A DNA stretch of 64,000 nt from Phoronis australis (taxonomy: Eukaryota > Animalia > Phoronida), in assembly GCA_002633005.1 (NCBI GenBank), contig NMRA01000499.1, positions 1 to 64,000 of the forward strand, in the 5' to 3' direction. How positions within the stretch are numbered: the stretch's first letter is position 1; every line of letters begins with the position of its first letter. Shown here piece after piece: positions 1-13,000 of this stretch. Under the pieces are notes generated by a model. That model was given only the letters and a program-made list of their open reading frames with translations, ran no database searches and had not been told where the DNA came from. The translations under genes were made by a program, and so were the position numbers.

Positions 1-85
1 ACAGTAGTATATCAATGCAATAATTACACAGTAGTATATCAATGCAATAATTACACAGTAGTATATCAATGCAATAGGTGGACAT
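1..85. repeat. Tandem satellite, 27-bp unit ACAGTAGTATATCAATGCAATAATTAC (about 3 copies, truncated by window edge)
   Basis: Direct repeats start at 1, 28 and 55; same family as the 30650-31520 array. Confidence 0.9.
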
Positions 86-836
86 GATGGGCCCGTCGGA
101 CGACCATCATCCGACGGTTGGCTAGCAAATGCGAACACAATAGCCCATGGTATTGGTCACGTATATAATCCTTTAATGACACCTCATTATGCCATAAAAC
201 TAAGTACCTGTCGACTGTTTGCAAAGAACTAAAGTTTATTATAACATCTAGCTCCTTTGTTGACTGCCAAGCACAGTCTTTTGTCTGGTATGACAACAGG
301 CAAGTCAATTATCTACCAGGCTTATTATAGACCACCTATGAACACGGTCAAACCCATAGCGAATTGGTACGTTCTGAAAGAATAGATTGTTGTAACTTCG
401 GTTGTAGTTGGGCGATTTTGGCGATTCAAAATCTAGACATGATCAGCGTTTGACGAGGAATTCAGAAACGCAATTGGTTTATGTTCAAATATGTTATAAC
501 TTAATTAACTTTTATTTTTAACAGCACAGCCCAGTCAGACTAGATACGATCTTATTGGAGACTAGAGCAATTATCGAGCAAAAGAGACCTGGTTCTCCAA
601 CCGTAATGCCAGACTGGAGTTAATCAATCGTCTAAGATATTGGCCACAGGAGCTTGTTGTTGGGCTACAGAATCGAATAAGTTAGGATCAGCGGGAAAAC
701 GCCGTAATGATTTTTGGCCAGTTAGAGTAAGCCGCTCTATTCACGACCAAACGGCTTTTTTATGACCGTATAAACAACTGCATGACGCTGAACCTTTGAC
801 ACACTTCGTAGGTCAATGGCGACTAAAAATGATGTT

Positions 837-1026
837 GACAAAAGAGTTCAATGAATGCCCTGTCGAGTGTCAAAAGCAAATACTCACGTCACAGGCTTAC
901 GCCCTAATATACAAGAGAAGGGTGGTCGACCCGGATCTTTAACAGCGCATACCAGAATCGCTTCCCTACTTTTTACGTAGGATCGCCATTTTGGTTATTT
1001 ATCGCTAACGAGAACGCACAGCAAGA
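837..1026 (+). promoter_or_regulatory. Putative proximal promoter/5'UTR conserved between paralogs (copy B 34520-34724)
   Basis: Homology between the copies starts at TGACAAAAGAGTTCAA. Both share CACGTCA (CRE/ATF-like), an AT-rich ATATACAA/TTATACAA box and CGCCATTTT (YY1-type) about 40 nt before the ATG. Confidence 0.5.
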
Positions 1027-1083
1027 ATGGTGCTGCGCCTTCTTCTTTTAAGTTGGGTAGTGGTGTTAACTGTCGCAGTCTCG
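1027..1083 (+). other. Signal peptide coding region (copy A; copy B at 34725-34780)
   Basis: MVLRLLLLSWVVVLTVAVS / MVLRLLLLTWVVALSVADT: basic n-region, hydrophobic core, small residues, then an acidic mature N-terminus. Confidence 0.8.
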
Positions 1084-4000
1084 GATGAAAATCTGTACTT
1101 CAACCACGAAAATTCTGTGAAGCATGAGAAGAGCGGAGAAGAATTTTACATGAAGAAGTCCGGCAAAGTGGCCGGATTGATTGATCTTGACGACAGCGTT
1201 CAAAGACATGACATGATCACGGTAATGGCTGTTTTTTTGCTGTAAAATTTGGCGTTGAATCTTTTGATCAAATCAACAAAAATAAGTTGTAGAAGTGGCC
1301 ACTTAAGAGTGGAACAGGTAATTTACTTTGTTTTCTATCAATACCGTTAAAAGTGACATCTGCAATCATTCCTTCACTTAAGGTTATCTCCAACCTTATT
1401 TAGCGACCATCACTGTAAGACATTTATCACAACAACCAAGCTACGTCAACAAGTAAAAGTATAAATTTTCTGAAAGAAAGAAGAGATTATAAAAATATGT
1501 TTTATATCAATGTTTTTATTATTATTATTACGATACAGTTTTTTTAAAGAAAAAAATCCATTTTAAGAAAGCTACATCCATTGATTGCAAAATAACTTCT
1601 GGGAAGATTTTAATGAAACTCTTTTTAAACGAAAACTTCGAAAAAGTGTACCTCAAAAAACGCTGTTTGGAATTTTCGATTACTCATTTAGTTTTGTTTC
1701 TTTGCCAAATTCACTCGCAAAACGTAACGTATTTTTGCAAAAAAATAGCAGTCGCGTTCCTTTTTGTTACATTTGAGAACTTGTGTTCCTAAACTCCAAA
1801 TTAAACTTTCATGTTATAATGTCAGATCTGAAAATGAACTTGCTATATTTCCTTTTAACGCTTTCGGCCATGGCTTCAAATCTATGTGCTTCAAGACTAG
1901 CAAACTATGAAACAAAACGTCCTGAAACTAGCAGCTACAGACCTTGACACGTTTGTTCGGGGCATATCTGATGAATGAGTATAACTCTCATCTGAATGTG
2001 TAGATTCTACATGTGCTGCCTTAGCATTATATTAACCATAATTATGTCAACCATAATTATGTTCTGTTCCACTCAGATGCCTATTGCCAAAGAGGACAAA
2101 ATTTTAAGACACAAATTTTATATTCAAAAATATCTCTTGGGTCAAAAGCAACCCAAAACTAGAATTTATCAACAAAAAACAGGAAACCAGAATTTATCAC
2201 AACAGGTCCTATAATTTATCCCGTCAGGAGAAAAACTGAACACCTCTGGACCAAAAATTTATCACTCCAAGCTAGGAACCAATATTGCTGGTTCCTTGCA
2301 CAAGGACTGAAAATTTTAATCCCAGTGGCCGTTTGTATGAAATAGTCCCAAGTAGGGACTCATCTGAGGTCCCTAAGTCTTTTTGCGTATTTCTGTCTTT
2401 ATGGACTCACGGTTGTAATATTTTTTTATCATTTCATCTTTATTACGAGCTCTTCTTTGATTAGTGACATTTTCTACTATAACTAAACACTGGGCTCAGA
2501 GTTTATTGAAAATAAATAGAGACTCAGTCCTTAAATTGGGGGTGTTGCATGAAAATATCCCTAATTATTTTCGATAATATTGACAATTCAACGTAGAGTT
2601 CACTCTCGATTTGTATAAAAGTCAAAATTTGACTTAAAATGAAACTAAAACAATACAAGAAAAACAATCGATGTTTTCACAAGCCCAAAAATACACTCTA
2701 GACTTAGGGAACTTAGTTGAGTCCATATTTTTGGGACTGTTTCATGGAACCAGGCACAGGAGACCACGTATCCATGCAATATGGCGATCCGCTGTGTCTC
2801 TGCCATACTCAGTCGTATTCCGTGTTAACAGTCATTAACAACATTGTTCATCCAAAGACAGAAAATAAAACCAGCATAGTTAAAGCTTTATGTAGTTGTT
2901 TGGTCAGGGACCTAAGTCTCGTGCTCTCAATTCATAACTCATGAAAAAATAACTAGTATAGTATTTATTAGCTGATCACAAGTTCACAACCTAAAAATTT
3001 GCCACAAAATTATCTCAAAAACTGGAATTAATGTGTACATTCTCATAGACTTTGTATATTTGCCAAAATGAGATTAATTTTTTTTCACCAGTAGTTATGA
3101 GGAGCGCCAGTCGCTTTTGACGAAACACTAGATCCCTCAACACGAAAACAAAAATTTCAATGTCGGAAATAATATTTAAAAAGTTGCGTAGGCACGTGAT
3201 TTGTTAAAATGTAATCTGGGTAGAGTTTAATGACTCTAGGACCTTGGTACAAAAGCAATACATTGCGTGATTACCCGAGATATTGCCGTGTATTTAATAA
3301 TGACACGTGATTTTGGTTAGATTTTCTAGCCGCCAGATAGCTACTGAACTCTACCGTGGTCTATCGGATCTCATGACCCGTAACAATTGAATTCGTCTCG
3401 CAAGCTGTCATTTAATTTACAAATACGGTCTACTATTTCCAAATGGTCCACGCAAATGACGTCACCTATGCCGAAGTTAGTGGATAACACCTGTGTTTGT
3501 TACCAAAACAGGATGCAGTTAGAATAAAAATCCTTGAAGATTTGATAATCAAATTTGAATCTCCAACTATGAGTCGTCAATATAGTGGTTTCATTAAAAC
3601 TTTGTCATCATATAAATATAGGTGATTGGTGGGAGTTATTTCATCTTTATTATGGAACAAACGTCCTGAAACTATATATATTGATGTAGGTCCTAGGTGA
3701 TTGTTATTTTTATACAGTGGAGCCCTCTGTCGTTCTAACTCTGGCCTTTGATATTCCTGTTGTTCTCCTACCGTGTGTGCTTCATTTATTTCCATTGTTG
3801 AAATAAGGCGCGAATTTTACTCACACCTTAGATGAACCCAATGACCCAAGTACCGCGTTTTGTATTGTGTATTGTTTAATTCGTTGTAGTGATATTTTGG
3901 GTCAAATGCTATAAGATCTGATCCAGACGATAGAGGGAGAGGGCGATGAAAAACTGCCGATTAAACGGGAAAATCAGAGTCAAGTCGTGTGTTCAATGAG

Positions 4001-7000
4001 ATTGTCAGTACAAGTACTTTGAACAATTTAAACCGTTAGACATTTACACTATACAGTGTCGTTAAAACACCTGGTCCATACCCCGACCCGTTCAAGTCTC
4101 CTCGGAACAATCCCTTTTTCATCAACAATGCTCACTTAATAATGATCTTCAGGAAAAAGGATAACTATTTTTATTGTTAAAATACCCTCGAAAATAATAG
4201 TGGCCTATTTCAGTGGGGGTAAACGCTATCGGTTTTTCCCCATAATTTCAGGCGTTTCTTTGTTTGTGCTGCACAGCGATACTACTGTGCTTTGCAAGAA
4301 CATGGTCTGCGTTGTTTCGTCCAATTTTCAATCTTATCTACTTTCTCAGGTAAATAGTTGACAGAATCAAACGGGGTGTAAAGGGGAAATTGACCGAGCC
4401 TCTCGTCTAAGAGAGGACCACGTCTGAAAGGGGACTCCTTAACACGGACAGTTATATTGTAAAAATGAAAAGAGTAACAGTTAATTCTATCATCTTCCTT
4501 AACATAAACAATTGTACGATTGCACAGAAACAGAAAAATAGAGAAAACTGGTTTCATCATTGGGGGTCTTTGAGCTTAGAGTTCTTTCTATGCAGGTAAG
4601 TTTTTAGTGGAGAATGGTACGTATTAAGCTTGTGATAAAGTTGTGTACCATGACTGGCTGGTTCAAAATAAACTCACTCTTAACGTTTGTAAAACCAAGT
4701 CCTTGCTGTTGGTAATCCACCAGAAATCAACAGAAACTGTCCGTTTCTATCAAAGGTTCCCCTATCGAGAGCGTTGACCGTAAGTTTAAGTAGTTGGGCC
4801 TTATTTTAGATCCCAATTTTAAATTTAATATGCACATAAATCACATCACAAAGAAATTATCAAAGAAAATCGGTAAATTTCTTAATGTCAGCACTCTTAG
4901 TTTACCATTCAATTATGCAGCCTCATTTTGATTATTGTTTACCGGTTTGGGGACACACCAGCGACACACTTATTAATAAAGTCCAAGTAATCCAAAATAG
5001 AGCTGCCAGGGCTATCCTGGGTACTAGAATTAGGGACACCCGGGTCGACGACCTGTACTCCAAACTTGGAATCATGAAAGTAAAACAAAGAAATAAATAT
5101 CTCTCTGCCCGTTGTTTGTACGTGTACAGATGTATCAATGGCTTGGCTCAAGCATATCTCATCCCCAGTCAAGGTACATACTCTACACGTATTGTTTCCA
5201 GAGACCGGCAAGAAATCTTTTATCTATGCTGCTGCTGCAATATGGAACTCTCTTAGCCCTGGAATTAAGCGGTCCGATTCAATTAATACTTTCAAAATTA
5301 ATAATAAAAAGTGGCTGTAATTTACTTAACCATCCTTACCCCGTAGCTGTCTTAATTGTGTCATTTTCATTATTGTAAATATTCTCGCTATTTAGTATCA
5401 TCTCTTTATTTATTTCATCTCTCTTAATAAACTTTTCATCATCCTTCGTCATTTATTAATTATCTTAATTCTTAACTTTTTTAATTGTATCTTTGTTACA
5501 TTTATTTAATTATTGTTTCACTTTGTTATTGCATTATCCTCTGTTTTATATTTTGTTGTTGAGGGCCCTGTTGGAAAGCAGGGCTATCACTAAAGAGGCC
5601 ACCCTCGTTTTAAATTTTACAATAAATAAATAATTGGTAAGCGTATTTAAGGGTAGGATCAGCACCCTTTGTTGTAATGCGTTTTTTTGTACGCTTTAAG
5701 GATATAAAATGCGTACGCAACGGAATTCGAGTATACATAGACCCAAAAGACAACGCCGACCCTCATGCGGCGCTGGGAGGTCATTACGACATCACGCAGG
5801 TGTGGTTACCTGGAATGATCGTCCGCTCAAGGAAGACCTGGAACAATTGCAAATCCATGGTCGACGGCACTGAAATTGATGGAATTTACCAGAAAGTTAA
5901 GGAAGTCTTGTTCGGCATGAATAACCTATTTATATCTACCGTACCAGCAGGGTAAGTGGAAATCACTTTCTTGAAATTTGTTTGCAGATTGTGGAAAAAC
6001 TGACTAAAAAGGTGAAAACGCCAAGGAAGACAGTCGCATCGAGCAAAACCTTATTACAATATAGGGAAAAGCGCAGAAATCAATTCATACCTAGAACAAT
6101 AGACTGCTGTTTTATAGTTCTGATCAAAGCCAACGTCTGGAAGCCAATGCAATCCAAGATAACCCCAAAACGATTTTTTCGTCCGTAAAACCGTTTATAT
6201 CTCCTTAAATGCAGACTGAATGGACAGTATGTAATGTACTGCTAAAACGCACATGCGCAACCCAAACTCTGCCACTCAAAATAGAATTTGTTATTCGAGT
6301 TCCTCCATTTTTAGTTTCATTGAACTTCGTTGTGTATGTTGCAAGAAGCCATGTTGCGTTTCCCTCAGGAATTTTTAATCCACGGTATAGCATCAAGCAA
6401 GTCAAACATTTCATGCTAGAAATACGGTGGTAAACTTGGACACCATTGGTTTAATTTTGTCGTCGTCGTCGAGAACATTTCCAAAAACTACAGCACGCGG
6501 ATACTCAAGCGTTAAATACAAGTCACTGCTACCATACCTTCCTCTGCGTACACTATACCAGATGTAACAACTCTCTTCAGATTTGCTGACAACTTCGAGG
6601 AACTAGAATACACCGTCCACCACAAGAGAGGAGACTGGACGGGAGTCCCTGATGCGGAGAAGGAAGAGCACAGACACCGTGTCCGCCGATCAGTGATGAC
6701 CAACGACGACCTTATTCTGAGACTCACCCAAGGAACGCGAACCAAGTCAATCTTCGAGCCAGATCAACATCTTTCGCTGTCATCCAACTGGAATAGTAAC
6801 ACAAAAAAGTTTGACAAGAGTGCACGCATTGACTCATCTGAGAAGCAGGTTAAGTTCTACGACCAGTCGCAACAGTCTCAGTACTCTCCGAAGAACAGCA
6901 ACAACTGGTGGGACCTTTACTGCAAGGAATGCTACGCCACACTTGAGGGCGATACATCCGCGTGAGTATTCTTTATCAAATGCACCTGGTTTCGTCTCAT

Positions 7001-10000
7001 AATAGCTTGTCAATGATTTACATACATGCAAACTTATTACATAAAAATCCTACACGAGTGTCAAGTTTATGGCATGGGCAAAACCTCTTGGAAATTTTGT
7101 CAAAGTCCCGAGGCTTTTTAAAGGGGCGCCGGCCCTCTGAACATCTTTAGGGATATCGCGAACTTTGATCCTTCGGAAATTGTGTCCTAGCTTCCTTTGT
7201 AAATTCATGGATCAGGTCGTGCTATTCATATTTTGTTCTTAAAGGGAGACTCGTTAAATGAGGAAACTCCTGGTCGAAAAATAGATCTGACACTGTCTTT
7301 TCTCGTATCTTGCAGCAAACTGGTGATCAAAAAACGTGAAATCGTAGATTTCGAAGTGAAGGTAAGGGACACAGATGTATGACACATTTGAAACTGATAC
7401 TTTACAACATGGAATGAGTTAACTGAGTATTAGGCATAATTATAGTTTATTGCGCGTGACTTATTTCGAAAAGGGTGTGCCTGGAGTAAACGAACTTACG
7501 AAGCAATTTTATTAGGATTTCACTCCACTTGTAAAAATAACTGTGCAGGGCGTCTAGAAGTTCCTTCGAAAATGAGAAGACAACATTTAGGGGGATGAAC
7601 GGCTATTTGGATTGGTAGAAAGTAAATAACTCCACAGGTTTCTGCTTTTACTGAATTAAAATCTATAGTTTGTAGGCATTTATCTAAATACGCAAGCTTG
7701 TCAATATGGTCTTACATAATCTTAAGCATATTCAACATTACTATGAGCGTTGAAATATCAGATCATGTCATTTTAGATTAATGGCATCATCAAACTCAAG
7801 CGGAAGTTCAAAGTTCACACAAAGGGTGACAAGAGTGAGAAGGTTGAAGTTATGATCAGTAGCTCCAAAGGCAAAATCGACATACCAGTGATGATATTTG
7901 ATGACGTTCTTAAGAAAGACGTCATGATGCATCTGAACTATGACTTCGCTCAGTACATCAATGCGGACATAGATTTCGAAGCAGTTAAGTCCGAATTCGA
8001 ATTCGACATTTACGAAGAGGGAATTTTGAACATGAGTAAGTACAGTCGTTTTTAATTTGATGTTGAAATTTACCGATGCTATTGGTAATTAGGGTAGAGT
8101 CGGACGAGATGCCCAGTTTTACGGTCAAACACCCCNGCACCACATCGCCACGTGCTCTTGAAAGCGCCCGGTTCAATAGACACTTTGCTTGCTCAACAAC
8201 ATTTTGTAACCTCAAATTTGCGTCGATTACAATATGTCTAATAGCGTTAGTTGAACATTTGGATGTTCTCTCCTTGTTGATTTCCTAACTTCGAATCTCA
8301 TTGATGTAGTTGACATTAAGTCTTGATCTCGATGAGCAACTATCTTCCTCTTACTGAATATAAAGCCGAGATTTTGTGTGCCCTTCACATAAATTGATAT
8401 TACATTGTAGACAGTTAAAAAGTTTTTAGAACCTATATGCAGAGTGCACTGTGTTGACTGTGACAAGCAGGGTATATCTGCAAATAGTACGTCGTCATGT
8501 GGCAGAACCAGAGAAATTTCATAAAAAGATAAACTAGTAATTAAAACCATCAGATAATGGAAAGTGCGTTAACCTGAAGGCTTTTGCGTTTACAACACGT
8601 GGTACAGATGCTTTGCCAAAGCGGCTTACGACATGCCCGTAGTCTTGGGTCATCACTGTTAATTGAGATCCCCAAGACAATCGAAAGTTGAAGAATTGAA
8701 ATATGTTTTACAGGAATTATTTCACAGTTCATTACTAATAGCTTACCGTGTTATGTCATCATTGCTCTAAGATATATATGTCCCAGGCCTCATTGTTGCA
8801 GCCGTATTACTGCGTCTCCTCTGTCATCACTTCACTATAGTAATTAAAACTAGAATAAACCTAGTAATCATAATCTGGATAAATTTATTGTGAATTATTT
8901 ATATAATTTGATCAATATGAAACTTTCAGCCTTCACTCGTCAGTCCAACGGCAGCTTGATGATGGATCACCAATACACGCAAATCAACACAACAGCTGTG
9001 GACCCAATATACGACTTCTCGGCTGTTCTTTCGCGAGGCAAAGCCAATTTCAAGGCTAAGGTACGGAAAACTCAATAACTACAAGGAACTTGAATATATT
9101 CGTAATAGAGCTGTCATGTATAGACAAACCGCTAGAAGAGCGACTATATATTGAGGTGATGCAGGCTTTGCACGGTCTTAATTTCCAGTTATTTGGAAAT
9201 GGAGCAACTTGCAATGAGAAACGTTGGAGCCGAGCAGTTGAGAAGAATGACACTAAAGCGTATAAGGCGCTGTACATGACGTAACTTTTGCTAGAATCTT
9301 CGCCCTATATCCAAATTTTTTTCAACAGCTGGACCTTGACTTCACCATCAGTTGGGCCGATCAAAAACGTGAAATCGACGGAAAGAAGACTTTCTTGTTT
9401 CAGCTGGGAACCAACATGAAGTATAAAGTTGGGTAAGTGTCTTGCATAGTCGCAGGCGTTACATCACCTAGACACTTACGCGATGTTTTAGCTGGCAAAA
9501 CGTACTAGTTCAGCGGGTTCATGTTTGCTCGGTATTTGCGCACTTTTCATGTACGATTACGAAATGTGCTTGACAGAAATGGACTGCAATGGCACGTTGC
9601 TACTCGCAAAAGATTATGTATTGTTCACGCCACAATCTGAGAGCCCGGATGATGGCAAGCATTAGCCGCTGTCCTCTGGTATAATTTGATATGCTGGCTT
9701 TAGTTTGAAAGTAGTTCCCTGCTTGGATCAAAGGTCATCATTAGCTATGCATAGCAGGCCTCACTGGGTAATGCACCGTGAAGTTTCAATTAGATTGGTT
9801 CAGTTGATAAGGACTTAATGAACCCCTGAGAGACTTTTCAGACCAGGCCCGAAATGTCACATGTACGACTTATTAGAATGCAATAATATCATTCAAGCTG
9901 GGTTCTCACAAATCGTTGCATGATAACATTGATAACATTTCGAAAGTTCTCCCTATCGCAGGTTTCAGAACTCCATTCTCATTCCCGCGGTGTTTGATCA

Positions 10001-13000
10001 TTGCCACAATGATTTTTGTGTCAATGCGCGTCACCTTATAGTGCAAAAATCTATTTTTATGAAGTGATCTAATGACAATGTTTTACGTCGAAACAAATTT
10101 GAAACTTTTGTCGAAGACCGAATCCTTTTATAACATGTGATTAAAATGATTAAAAATTCGTCGACAGTAGTCGACAGTTCTTGAGATAAACTGTTCCACA
10201 AATTTCGGCCCTGAACGTATTAGTCTTTTTGGTGGCCTTGAGCAAAGACGAATCTGAGTCTACTTTATCTCTCTCATCAGCATAAGACACCGCTTCAGTG
10301 ATACGACGAATTCCTTTGATCTCTTACTCCGTCCTCAAAGATTTGAAGACTTCCTGTAAATGAGTTTCCAAATCTCTTCGAGTGAAAATGTTTTTCATAT
10401 AAATTGTTGGTAGCTTTGTCCTACGTACCTCCACAACAGTTTCCGACAGTCCTACAGTCGAAATGCAACATGACTGGTCTCGCTGGTTCCCTGCGTGCCG
10501 CTAGGTGGGGCTGGCTGGGCTAAGCACGCAGGGAACCAGCGAGCATGACTGGTGTGCATTCGAATATAGAAACAATTGGGTCGTGAAAATAACAACAAAA
10601 AGCGCACAGCACAGCCAGTGCTGACTGGATTTGGTTGAAATGGAAACAGTTATTCAGAGGCGGATCTACGGGGGGGGGTTCAGGGGGTTTAAACCCCCCC
10701 CTCGGGCCAGGACCCAAAAATTAAAAAAACAAAAAACAAAACAAAAACGTCTCCAGCAAAACAAAAACGCCGGCACCGCCAAGTAAACCAACCTGGAAAA
10801 AAATGAGGGGGGGGGGNNNNNNNNNNNNNNNNNNNNNNNNNNNNNNNNNNNNNNNNNNNNNNNNNNNNNNNNNNNNNNNNNNNNNNNNNNNNNNNNNNNN
10901 NNNNNNNNNNNNNNNNNNNNNNNNNNNNNNNNNNNNNNNNNNNNNNNNNNNNNNNNNNNNNNNNNNNNNNNNNNNNNNNNNNNNNNNNNNNNNNNNNNNN
11001 NNNNNNNNNNNNNNNNNNNNNNNNNNNNNNNNNNNNNNNNNNNNNNNNNNNNNNNNNNNNNNNNNNNNNNNNNNNNNNNNNNNNNNNNNNNNNNNNNNNN
11101 NNNNNNNNNNNNNNNNNNNNNNNNNNNNNNNNNNNNNNNNNNNNNNNNNNNNNNNNNNNNNNNNNNNNNNNNNNNNNNNNNNNNNNNNNNNNNNNNNNNN
11201 NNNNNNNNNNNNNNNNNNNNNNNNNNNNNNNNNNNNNNNNNNNNNNNNNNNNNNNNNNNNNNNNNNNNNNNNNNNNNNNNNNNNNNNNNNNNNNNNNNNN
11301 NNNNNNNNNNNNNNNNNNNNNNNNNNNNNNNNNNNNNNNNNNNNNNNNNNNNNNNNNNNNNNNNNNNNNNNNNNNNNNNNNNNNNNNNNNNNNNNNNNNN
11401 NNNNNNNNNNNNNNNNNNNNNNNNNNNNNNNNNNNNNNNNNNNNNNNNNNNCAGGTCTTCGTTCTTAAACAACTTGAGGCTGCTGTTACGCGATCATCTG
11501 ATATTCAATGTTTTACTCCCCGTCGGGTGCTCCTTATGCTCTTGAATATTTGGTAGTTGTCTAACCCCCCACACACACCACACTTTTTCATATACGACTT
11601 TTCGTATGCTAAAAAGGTGTGTATAAGCAGATGTTCCAACAAAAATTTTTGCTGGTGGCGTGATTCATACCCAGATGTGCACAAATATGATTTCACGAAA
11701 CTTGTGAGCCACGTTCATGCGACGAAATCGAGAAGGGTTTTAAATTATCTTAAGAAAAACTCAAGAGACATGTTATTAGTGCCAGAAACTTACCAGGATG
11801 CATGGAAATTTCACTATTTGGCTACAAAAACAAAAAAATGGTCTTACACGGAAGGGGGAAACCCCCCTCCCGACCTCCCCCCTCTCGGCGCCACGTGCCT
11901 CGGATTCGACCTTTGCGGGAATCCTAAACCCCCCCTTACTGAAAACGTAGATCCGCCCCTGTATTTGTTGCCTTTTGTGCTCTTACGTTAAAACGTGGAT
12001 TAACCATGACTCCAATTCAATTCAATTGAGAGGTAAAATGAAATGTACATGTATGTCTACATTTCAGATTGTCGCAGACAGTCGACTTTTCCACCTACAT
12101 CTACGGCTACGGAACAGTCTGCACGCGACCAACTCATGATTTATGGCTGTCCTCTGACGTTTCTCTGTCGACGTTAGAGTACAAAGTATTGGGCAAGATC
12201 TTCTGGTAAGATTTGACTATTAAATCTTTACTCAGATAGGAAAACCCGATCATCATTATGTGCTGCTGTAGTTTGAAAATGATGGTGATTGATGAAGTTG
12301 ATGTACAGATATTATTATATATGGTACAACTGACGAGGATTTTGGGACAAATGAGACTACTGCAGAGCCGCCTGGTGGCAATTTTTGAGTTTGCCTTGAT
12401 ATCCACCAAGTTTCATGATTTTGCAAATACGTCACTCTCACCTAGAAAACAGCACTGGCGCATCTTAGTGACCTGTGTTGCGCCAACTAGTGCACTTTCA
12501 ATTGCTTTTGTGTTCTTTATCGTCCGCCTCCCTATCCTCCAAGAAGCACCATTTCTGACTTACTTCGCTCACCCTAGTGACTAATACTAAGTTTACAGGC
12601 ATTGCACCGTTTTATGGGAATGTTTGTTGTATGTTTGCAAGCACACGGGGGGTGCATATAATCGCTTGCATTGCTGTTGCTGTGTTAATTTCAAATATCT
12701 TCAAGTAATGTTTATCGTAATCTATTTTGCTAGGGGTACGCTACGAGCTATGTTGCAGAGTAAAACAAGACGCTATTTTCATACCAGTGCGCCTAAATGT
12801 GGCGCTGCGTATAAATGAGAAATGATGCGCATATGCCTTTATGTGACAAATTTGAATTAAACTGAACGCATTTCATAGTCAGACAAACTTGACTTATCCG
12901 CCAAAAATGAAGCAACTAACGCGTGTTTCTTAATTATTCAATGGGAAGTATTCAATTAACAAAAAACACCAAAAACACTCAGCTTAGAGCATGCGCCTAT

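Noticed and set aside
1222-1245. Apparent frameshift/early stop making copy A a pseudogene
   Set aside because: The indel relative to copy B lies after the exon 1 donor (ACG|GTAATG), so it is intronic.
4282-4560. Minus-strand ORF conserved in both copies (also 37279-37605) as a nested gene
   Set aside because: Its similarity is explained by the intron duplication; the 3' ends differ by frameshift and there is no recognisable domain.
10666-11472. Long ORFs of 268 and 221 aa
   Set aside because: They run through the N gap inside a copy A-specific transposon. Exons 7 and 8 join in phase and copy B has no extra exon there.
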